A DNA stretch of 13,931 nucleotides from Promethearchaeati archaeon (GTDB lineage: Archaea; Asgardarchaeota; Heimdallarchaeia; JABLTI01). A model generated the notes under the pieces. The model ran no database searches, was not told the origin of the DNA, and saw only the letters and a list, made by a program, of their open reading frames with translations. Location: the NCBI GenBank assembly GCA_013166835.1, contig JABLTI010000132.1, forward strand, positions 1 to 13,931. Reading direction: 5' to 3'. Made by a program: the position numbers and the translations under genes. Below, in pieces: positions 1-7,141 of this stretch (positions within the stretch are counted from its first letter, which is position 1; each line of letters begins with the position of its first letter).

Positions 1-520
1 CACCAGCTTTTAATTCTTTGAAATGGGAAGACACTTACTAATGCAGCATTTCTTTCCATTGCTACTTTAATGAAATGTTTGAGAGATTCTGGTGTGTGCT
101 CTGTATCTGCATCTACAAAGAGTAGATAATCACCTTTTGCTTCTTTATAACCTAAATGACATCCCCAATTCTTTCCAACCCAACCGGGGGGACAATTTTA
201 TCTATTACTACTTTATCAACAAATGATTTTGCCATTTCAACTGTTCTATCGGTTGATCCACCATCTGAAACAATTATTTCATATCTCGAATAATTCAATT
301 CTTTTAGAGATTGCAGACAAAGCGCAATATTACTCTCTTCATTATATGTAGGAACAATGATACTGACAAAAGGTTGCTCATAATCATCCTTAACGGGTCT
401 TTTTGGCATTACACCTTTCTTACCACTTATGGTTCCTAGTAAATAGAATAAGGCAAAAAATACTAAAATTAAATAAGCTCCGCCACCAGTAATTAGGAAT
501 ACTTGTACTGCAGTAATCAT
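1..520 (-). CDS. Glycosyltransferase family 2 (CrtQ/HpnB-like, N-terminal membrane anchor); frameshifted at 186-191 and running off the window edge
   Basis: ORF 152..520 has an N-terminal hydrophobic helix plus VSIIVPTYNEE and IIVSDGGSTDRT. From position 185 downward another frame reads without a stop: GWVGKNWGCHLGYKEAKGDYLLFVDADTEHTPESL...SVFP. This contains the PxGWxGK motif and the DxD motif (DAD). Confidence 0.9.
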
Positions 521-771
521 ATTGCCTTATCTCCTGATTATTTTCAAGCCATTTTTCCTACTAAAGTTCTATAATTCTGAATATTTCTCTATTGATTAAA
601 GCATTAAACATTGGACTATTTATAATTTTTCAATCATTGTCCATATTGAGTAGGTAATATTATTTTATGTATATAAAATATTGCCAAACCTTTTACGTAA
701 AAATAAATTTTCTTTATGAGTAAGATTATAAATAAAAGGTTGGTTGAATAATAAATCAAGGATGTAATGTT

Positions 772-1494
772 ATGTTTTCACTAGGATTGAATTCTTTCAA
801 ATCAGTAAGAGCGGGACAAAAAATTGAACGTGTTACAAAGAAATATTCTAAGGTAGCGTATGATACCTGGAAAAATGTTATCAAGAATTTCAACATGGAT
901 TTCAAATTATTTCTTGAAGAAAATGATGAAAAACTAGCAGAATATGAGAATTCTCTTGTATTTATGGAGATGCATGCTTTCACAAAGAGATTAGCAAATG
1001 TTCAAAACTTGGCTTCATGGGGCTTTTATCATTCTGCATTATTAGAACTGAGATTTATGTTAGAAACAACAATCCTTGCCTTTTATCTAGATAATCAGTT
1101 ACCTAATACTGATCATTCAGAGAAAATCAAGCTCATGCAGAAACACAAAGGGGAGCTTTGGGGTCAACGACTTCGTAGACGAACCTACATGTATGATAAG
1201 CAATTTGGAGATGAAGTTGAGAAAGTCATTCAAGCTATTAATGTTTCTATAGATGAATACATGGCTGATAATTCTGTTGAGACATGGAAGGAGAAAACCT
1301 TACCCTTCAGTGCTAGAGATTTCGATGAATGTGTTTTCCATAGCAAAAATGCCACAGCACTAAATGTTAAGCATTTCTTGAAATCCTTTAAGGAATTCAA
1401 ATACAATGGACCAATGATCATAACTCATAAAGAAGTAAAAGTAACAAAAGTAGAAACTGAGATAGAGACAGAAACTGAAGCTAAAGAAGAATAG
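772..1494 (+). CDS. Hypothetical alpha-helical protein, weak resemblance to HEPN-like/DUF5677-type helical bundles
   Basis: 240-aa ORF. The segment GFYHSALLELRFMLETTILAFYL fits the G-x-Y-x2-A-x3-LR-x2-LE pattern. The C-terminal tail is acidic and low-complexity. The family call is tentative. Confidence 0.6.
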   Translation: MFSLGLNSFKSVRAGQKIERVTKKYSKVAYDTWKNVIKNFNMDFKLFLEENDEKLAEYENSLVFMEMHAFTKRLANVQNLASWGFYHSALLELRFMLETTILAFYLDNQLPNTDHSEKIKLMQKHKGELWGQRLRRRTYMYDKQFGDEVEKVIQAINVSIDEYMADNSVETWKEKTLPFSARDFDECVFHSKNATALNVKHFLKSFKEFKYNGPMIITHKEVKVTKVETEIETETEAKEE

Positions 1495-1515
1495 CATGAC
1501 TGAGAAGAGAATTAT

Positions 1516-1540
1516 TGAGAGTTACAATAGAAAACTCTCA
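1516..1540. promoter_or_regulatory. Inverted repeat TGAGAGTT-N9-AACTCTCA (operator or RNA hairpin)
   Basis: Perfect 8-bp arms at 1516-1523 and 1533-1540. They are followed by TATA-like TTATTTAAAA (1549-1558) and a T7 tract (1564-1570). Confidence 0.45.
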
Positions 1541-1621
1541 TATCTTAATTATTTAAAACATTATTTTTTTAACTTCAACTAGGATTACATCATTAGGAAT
1601 ATCACAATCGGTGTCAGTAAA

Positions 1622-2998
1622 ATGAAATTTGAAAAAATCGTTTCTAAAGGAATATCAAGTAATTCATATTTTATTGCTTCATCTTCTGAAGCAGCAGTAA
1701 TTGATCCTCGTAGAGATGTGGATATTTATTTAGAATATGCTCAAACTCACAATGTAAAAATAACCACAATTTTCGATACACATCGAAACGAAGATTTTGT
1801 TAATGGTTCACCTCAACTTGCTTTTGCGACTGGGGCGGAAATTTATCATGGTCACAGACTTGATTTTAAATACGGCAATCCAGTAAAAGAAGGAAACAAA
1901 TTCATATTAGGTGATCTTGAATTTGGGATTCTTGAAACACCAGGGCATACTCCAGAGAGTATTTCAATAACAGTAAAAACTGATTCCGATCCTGAGAATC
2001 CTATAATGGTTTGTACTGGTGATGCTTTATTTGCTGGAGACGTTGGAAGAATAGATTTCTATCGAAATGAGGAAAAACAACTTGAAGCAGCTAACTGGTT
2101 GTATGATAGTCTATTTAATAAGCTCTTAAAATTACCAGAAGGAACCATTGTTTTGCCTGCTCATGGTGCAGGATCGATTTGTGGTGGAGGGATAAGTGGT
2201 TTACCTTTTACTACAATTGGATATGAAAAGAGAACAAATACTCCTTTACAATTATCAAAAGAGGAATTCATAAAATACAAATCAAAAGAAAAATTCGAGA
2301 TCGCTCCTAATATGAGATATATTGAGAAATTCAATTTGGAAGGAGCCCCAATTCTGAAGAGTAAAATTATACCACAAGCATTAACGGTAGAAGAAGTAAA
2401 AGAATTACTAGATAAGGAAGTTCAAATTGTGGATATTCGAGAGCCAGAGAGCTTTGCTGGTGGACACATTCCTGGCACACTAAGTATATGGAAAAATGGT
2501 TTGCCAAATTTTGCTTTGTGGATGTTAGATTATGAGAAACCAATTGTTCTTGTGAGGAGTACTCATCAAGAATTGGATCAAAGTATTAATTACCTCATTA
2601 GATTGGGATTTGACAATATACTTGGATACTTACGTGGATTCAGAAATTGGTATATGGATGGGGAAAACTACCGGGAAACAAATGTTTGGTCAGTTCATGA
2701 GTTGAAAAAACATCTCGAGGATGAAGACCTTTACATACTAGATGTCAGGACTGGTCATAGTGTTAAAGAAAATGGTCATATAAAAGGATCACACCATATC
2801 TTTCTAGGAAACCTCCCACAAAAACTAGAAGAAATACCAAAAGGAAAGAAAATTGCAGTCTACTGTGATTCAGGTTTCAAAACATTTACAGGTGTAAGCT
2901 ACTTACTCAAGAATAAATATAAAGACGTAATCGGGGTTTTTGGAAGCATGAGTGCTTGGAAAAATGCTGGTTATCCCGTAGAAGAAGAAAAGAAATAG
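1622..2998 (+). CDS. MBL-fold persulfide dioxygenase fused to two rhodanese domains (CstB-like)
   Basis: MBL motifs: IDP, THRNEDF, TPGHTPES, TGDALF.GDVGR.D and PAHGAGSICG. The middle rhodanese (VDIR..ESF..GHIPG) has no active-site Cys. The C-terminal rhodanese has LDVR, GHIKG, YCDSG (C415) and GSMSAW..AGYP. Confidence 0.9.
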   Translation: MKFEKIVSKGISSNSYFIASSSEAAVIDPRRDVDIYLEYAQTHNVKITTIFDTHRNEDFVNGSPQLAFATGAEIYHGHRLDFKYGNPVKEGNKFILGDLEFGILETPGHTPESISITVKTDSDPENPIMVCTGDALFAGDVGRIDFYRNEEKQLEAANWLYDSLFNKLLKLPEGTIVLPAHGAGSICGGGISGLPFTTIGYEKRTNTPLQLSKEEFIKYKSKEKFEIAPNMRYIEKFNLEGAPILKSKIIPQALTVEEVKELLDKEVQIVDIREPESFAGGHIPGTLSIWKNGLPNFALWMLDYEKPIVLVRSTHQELDQSINYLIRLGFDNILGYLRGFRNWYMDGENYRETNVWSVHELKKHLEDEDLYILDVRTGHSVKENGHIKGSHHIFLGNLPQKLEEIPKGKKIAVYCDSGFKTFTGVSYLLKNKYKDVIGVFGSMSAWKNAGYPVEEEKK

Positions 2999-3062
2999 AA
3001 AAAATAATATACCCAATCTGCAACTAAAATATTATTAATCTTAGCAAATCAAATACTAACTA

Positions 3063-3068
3063 GGAGGA
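3063..3068 (+). promoter_or_regulatory. Shine-Dalgarno-like GGAGGA
   Basis: GGAGGA in an AT-rich intergenic region upstream of the 97-aa ORF, 25 nt from its TTG. Confidence 0.4.
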
Positions 3069-3093
3069 CTCTGGAATTAGAAAAGAAGAACTA

Positions 3094-3387
3094 TTGAACA
3101 AATTAAACGAAATATGTACCAATGAAGATACCCCATGTCGTTTCACATTTAAGATTGGTGAGAATTTGCAATCATTTAACAGTGTTGTTGAAATTTTCAG
3201 AATAGCAGGATTCACAGTACAAGAATTTATTGGTGATCATATGTGCATTCTTGCTCGAGAAAAAGAAGGCATAAATGAAGCTGTAAAAATTAAAAGAAAT
3301 AATGTCCAGATTCAAGCATGGAAAAATACTTTAAATGATCTTTGTGATGAATTATCTGTTCATTGTAAGGAATTTGAAGAGAGCTAA
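3094..3387 (+). CDS. Small hypothetical protein (5 Cys); start uncertain
   Basis: 97-aa ORF with protein-like composition that fills the gap between co-oriented genes. The frame is open from 3064. Confidence 0.7.
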   Translation: MNKLNEICTNEDTPCRFTFKIGENLQSFNSVVEIFRIAGFTVQEFIGDHMCILAREKEGINEAVKIKRNNVQIQAWKNTLNDLCDELSVHCKEFEES

Positions 3388-3507
3388 AATAGCTTTAAAA
3401 AATCCTATTTACATTCCATTTAAGCTTCACTTAAAATGAGATTAAATTTCCATAGTTTTGAAAGTGAGCTAATTGAAAACAAGTTTATTCAGAATGAGAT
3501 GATTTAG

Positions 3508-3978
3508 ATGTCTAAAAACCCAGATGATATCTCATTTGAGATAAAGAATTCAGAAAATAAAATGATATTCCTTGTAGGGATCTTTAAAGATTTTACGGCA
3601 TATAATATTGCAGTAGATTTCAAATATTCATACTTAGATTTTGATTCCTTTTTGCAAGAGAATAGAATTGATTCACAGCATTTTCAAAAAGCTGATTCCA
3701 TAAGAGAAGCTAGCATAAAAATAAGTATTGATCAATGGACACAAAAAGTGGCTCATAGAGAACAAAAAGGGACGATAATCATCGATGGGTTTGATTCAAA
3801 GAAAATTCCTGATTTGTTATCTAGAAGTCTTTTGATGCAAGAATTACTTTATCTTTCTAAAAATAGCTCAAAACTACAAACACATCTTGTATTTGTTATA
3901 GATCTAAAAAATGGAGCACTAGAGGAACAAATAATACCAAAAATTCTTGAGAATAGTCATATTATAAATGCTGATTAG
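3508..3978 (+). CDS. Hypothetical protein with a degenerate P-loop NTPase/nucleotide-kinase-like fold
   Basis: 156 aa. The strand order MIFLVG ... IA..F.YSYLD ... TIIIDGF ... LVFVID resembles NMP/shikimate kinases, but GxxxxGK[ST] is absent. Confidence 0.6.
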   Translation: MSKNPDDISFEIKNSENKMIFLVGIFKDFTAYNIAVDFKYSYLDFDSFLQENRIDSQHFQKADSIREASIKISIDQWTQKVAHREQKGTIIIDGFDSKKIPDLLSRSLLMQELLYLSKNSSKLQTHLVFVIDLKNGALEEQIIPKILENSHIINAD

Positions 3979-4004
3979 CAATTCTTCTTTTACATAATAT
4001 TTGA

Positions 4005-4829
4005 GTGAATGAATTGAAAGAGAAAACGAGGATATCCGAATCAAAAATAAAGAAATTACACAAAAAAATTTTCACCTGGTGGGAAAAGAACAAAAGACCT
4101 CTTCCTTGGCGTGAGACAACGAATCCTTATTACATTATGATTTCGGAAATAATGCTGCAGCAAACACAAGTGAATCGTTCAATAGAGAAATACTTAGAAT
4201 TCATCAAAAAATATCCAACAATAAAAGAGTTAGCTGAAGCATCTGTTTCTTCTGTATTAAAAAGCTGGTCTGGCTTAGGTTATAATAGAAGAGCTCTTTG
4301 GTTACATGAAGCAGCAAATCAAATTGTGAAACTAAAAGAATTTCCAAAAACACAAGAAGAATTACAAAAATTAAAAGGGATTGGACCGTATACTTCAAGA
4401 TCAATTCTTATTTTTGCATTTAATTATGATATTGCTACAGTAGATACAAATATTAGAAGAATTCTAATAGCAGAAAATTTTGCAAAAGAACAAACAAAAG
4501 AAAATGAGCTATTTATCTTAGCTCAAAAACTTCTTCCGAAAGGTAAAGCTAGAGATTGGCACAATGCGTTAATGGATTATGGATCACTTGTTTTAACTTC
4601 AGCAAAAACTGGAATAAAACCAAAAACAGTAACTTCTAATAATTCAAAAGAAAACAGACGATTCCGAGGTATTATTGTGAAATATCTAACTCGAATTTCT
4701 AAAGCAAAAAAGGAGCAAATGGTAAAAGATTGTAATATCCCAATGAAAAAAATAGACGATATTTTGGTAGGTTTAATAGCTGATGGTTTGGTAGCAAAAA
4801 CAAAAAAATACTATAAGTTACCGGATTAA
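4005..4829 (+). CDS. mutY: HhH-GPD DNA glycosylase, MutY-like A/G-specific adenine glycosylase lacking the Fe-S cluster
   Basis: Motifs R.LPWR.T.NPY, ISEIMLQQTQV (catalytic Glu), WSGLGYNRRA, the HhH motif LKGIGPYT, VDTNIRR (catalytic Asp) and ALMDYG. Confidence 0.88.
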   Translation: MNELKEKTRISESKIKKLHKKIFTWWEKNKRPLPWRETTNPYYIMISEIMLQQTQVNRSIEKYLEFIKKYPTIKELAEASVSSVLKSWSGLGYNRRALWLHEAANQIVKLKEFPKTQEELQKLKGIGPYTSRSILIFAFNYDIATVDTNIRRILIAENFAKEQTKENELFILAQKLLPKGKARDWHNALMDYGSLVLTSAKTGIKPKTVTSNNSKENRRFRGIIVKYLTRISKAKKEQMVKDCNIPMKKIDDILVGLIADGLVAKTKKYYKLPD

Positions 4830-4875
4830 AAAAATGAAGAGAAAAAAATGTAAAATGAAGGAAAAAAATTCCTTC
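4828..4875 (-). terminator. Oligo-T terminator region between convergent genes
   Basis: The minus strand has several T4-T7 tracts directly after the TAG at 4875-4877. There is a 7-bp stem GAAGGAA/TTCCTTC (4857-4863/4869-4875) and a near-duplicate AAAATGAAG(A)GAAAAAAAT at 4831-4849 and 4852-4869. Confidence 0.5.
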
Positions 4876-7112
4876 TAATCTAATTTTACTATGATTTTAT
4901 TGAGTTCTGAAAGCAAATCATTGAATTGTAGTTTTTCACACATCTTAATGTCATGTGTAATTCGATCGCTCATTTCTTTGATTGCCTTCTTAGTGATTAC
5001 CCGAGAATCAAACTGATTCAACCAAGTATTATATTCTTCAATGTTCTTTTCAATTTCTTCTCGAGAAGTTAACCAGATTTTATTACCAACAAGAGTTAAA
5101 CCTTTGGCTTCTGAAAACTCATTGACTAGCTGCTTAACATCGCCTTTGTTTAATTTCTTATCAACATGAACAGAAATCTCCTTGATGGATAAACTCTCAA
5201 GACCATGACTCTTCTGTTTAGCAATATAACGAAACATCTTCTGTTCAGGACGAGTAGTCCAAAAAACAATGAAGAATATCGTTAAGAGAATCAAAACACC
5301 AATAGCTGAGCTCGTGCCAATAGCAACAAGAATAGTAGTTAGACGTTGACGAGGATTACTATTCGGGTCAAGGGGGTCAGTGCCCTCTTGAATTTCTTCA
5401 AAATCAGAATAGGTATCGAAATCGGTGTCCGCATTATTAGGATCAGTGCCATAAATATTTACTTCGTCACCATCGTTTAGATCATCATCATCGGAATCCT
5501 CGTTGTAAGGATCAGTCCCATTGTTCATTTCTTCTTCATTTGTTAAACCATCTACGTCGGGATCAGCAGCAGCATCATCAACATTGGGATCAGTACCATA
5601 GTCAACCTCCCATAAATCGCCAAGACCATCAGAGTCGGTGTCAGGATTCCTAGGATTTGTTCCAGCATCAAATTCTTCAACATTAGAAAGACCATCACTA
5701 TCAGCATCAGAGTATCCATCCAGAACAAGAGGATTGAATGAGTTATCAATTTCCCAACCGTCTGGCATGCCATCTCCGTCGGTGTCGCCATTAAGAGGAT
5801 CTGTTCCTAATTGAAACTCTTGCCAATTAGTGAGACCATCTGAATCTGGATCAGCAATAGTATCAATCACTAATGGATCGGTGCCATACGTAACTTCCCA
5901 GTAATCGGGGAGATTATCACTATCTGTGTCATTTGAATTTACATCTGTTCCATAAGTAATATACTCAGCAAAATCACTTAGTTGATCATCGTCCGAATCT
6001 GCATCAAGTGGATTTGAGTCAGAAAACATCACTTCAATACCATCTTTCAAACCATCTGCATCCGAGTCAGAATTCAATGGTTTACCAGTAACAATCCATC
6101 CTGTATCGTTTGCATATGTGTGAGTATCATTAAAGTAACCATTAACTTCTTCTCCGTCTGTTAATCCATCTCCATCTGTATCGTTGTTGTTTGGATTAGT
6201 AAAGGAAACATCATGTTCAAAGATATTAGTTAATCCATCGTTGTCTTTATCTGAAGTCGTGTCATCACTAAGTGGATCTAAGAAGTAATCAACTTCATAT
6301 TTGTCTGACATGCCATCATTATCAGTATCAACAGATAACGGATCCGTACCATGAATATTAACTTCTTCTCCATCTAACAATCCATCATCATCTGAATCAA
6401 CATCGGTGGGATCAGTAAAAATATATCCTGTACCATTAGCAAAGGGACTTGTATCATAGAATATTCCACCTAATTCGTATCGATCTTCTAAATCATCGCC
6501 ATCTGTATCATTGTTAACAGGATTTGTAAGATAACCGTCAATTCCTATTAATATCTCTTCATCATCTCTAATAGTATCATTATCAGAATCAATGTTAAGA
6601 GGATCTAAACCGTAGAAATAATCATTTGTGGCATATGGATTATCTGGAGCATAATACCCATAAAATTCAGGACCATCAAGCAATGTATCATTATCTGTAT
6701 CCGGATTAAATGGATCGGTTAATACATCATTTACTTCATATCCATCATAAAGCTCATCGCTATCAGAGTCAAGCATGATGAGTTCTATTCCTTCCGCTCC
6801 ATCTAAGATATATGCATGTTCATCACTTACTCTTACTCCGTAGCCAGGACCTGTGTCTTCATATTGACCAGCGAATGTTACATCTTTTTCACCAACATTT
6901 GAAGCATTAAATATCCGCATTCCGATATCATCTTCATATGTTACAAAAGCTGTTCTTTTCTCTAGATAAACATCAGCTGCGTGAGTAGCATCACTATATT
7001 GATAATTTAATGATGGATCTGGGTGACTATAAAGTGAGAGGATAAAGAATCCGTTGTAATCAGCTACAAAAGCATAATAATAATCTTGAGAAGTACTAAT
7101 TTCAATTTGCAA
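4875..7112 (-). CDS. Large surface protein, C-terminal part: LVIVD repeats, 18 TSP3-like DxDxDG Ca-binding repeats, one TM helix and a ~125-aa cytoplasmic tail
   Basis: LVIVD-type segments (YAFVAD, GVRVSDEHAYILDG..GIELI), repeats of D-x-D-x-D-G-L-x-D-x2-E...GTDP, and a TM helix (ILVAIG...IFFIVFW). The frame is open upstream to 7160, so the TTG at 7112 is probably not a real start. Confidence 0.88.
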   Translation of the reverse strand: MQIEISTSQDYYYAFVADYNGFFILSLYSHPDPSLNYQYSDATHAADVYLEKRTAFVTYEDDIGMRIFNASNVGEKDVTFAGQYEDTGPGYGVRVSDEHAYILDGAEGIELIMLDSDSDELYDGYEVNDVLTDPFNPDTDNDTLLDGPEFYGYYAPDNPYATNDYFYGLDPLNIDSDNDTIRDDEEILIGIDGYLTNPVNNDTDGDDLEDRYELGGIFYDTSPFANGTGYIFTDPTDVDSDDDGLLDGEEVNIHGTDPLSVDTDNDGMSDKYEVDYFLDPLSDDTTSDKDNDGLTNIFEHDVSFTNPNNNDTDGDGLTDGEEVNGYFNDTHTYANDTGWIVTGKPLNSDSDADGLKDGIEVMFSDSNPLDADSDDDQLSDFAEYITYGTDVNSNDTDSDNLPDYWEVTYGTDPLVIDTIADPDSDGLTNWQEFQLGTDPLNGDTDGDGMPDGWEIDNSFNPLVLDGYSDADSDGLSNVEEFDAGTNPRNPDTDSDGLGDLWEVDYGTDPNVDDAAADPDVDGLTNEEEMNNGTDPYNEDSDDDDLNDGDEVNIYGTDPNNADTDFDTYSDFEEIQEGTDPLDPNSNPRQRLTTILVAIGTSSAIGVLILLTIFFIVFWTTRPEQKMFRYIAKQKSHGLESLSIKEISVHVDKKLNKGDVKQLVNEFSEAKGLTLVGNKIWLTSREEIEKNIEEYNTWLNQFDSRVITKKAIKEMSDRITHDIKMCEKLQFNDLLSELNKIIVKLD
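5352..6770 (-). repeat. Protein-level tandem array of 18 DxDxD(G) (bacterial TSP3-like) repeats
   Basis: Counted in the translation from DSDSDE to DTDFDT. The units are degenerate at DNA level. Confidence 0.85.
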
Positions 7113-7141
7113 TGCTGAACCAGAATTATAACCTCCAAGTC

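Noticed and set aside
756-1421. Minus-strand ORFs 756..983 and 1230..1421
   Set aside because: Antisense shadows of the 240-aa ORF with no recognisable motifs.
1436-1491. GAAACTGA-type short repeats at the 3' end of the 240-aa ORF
   Set aside because: Explained by the low-complexity E/T/K/V protein tail.
1496-1582. 28-aa ORF (MTEKRIIESY...) starting 1 nt after the upstream stop; ATGA plus hairpin also considered as a SECIS-like element
   Set aside because: It is short and runs through TATA-like and T-tract sequence. The neighbouring genes have no in-frame TGA to recode.
3436-3507. 23-codon ORF in frame with 3508, separated by a single TAG (possible amber readthrough)
   Set aside because: An ATG with SD-like GAGATGA follows immediately, and there is no pyrrolysine context; most likely chance.
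4204-4404. 66-aa hydrophobic minus-strand ORF
   Set aside because: Antisense to A-rich mutY codons.
5352-6770. Recurring GGATC/CCATC words and higher GC suggesting a CRISPR array or foreign insert
   Set aside because: Explained by Asp/Gly/Pro codons of the protein repeats; there is no identical repeat-spacer structure.
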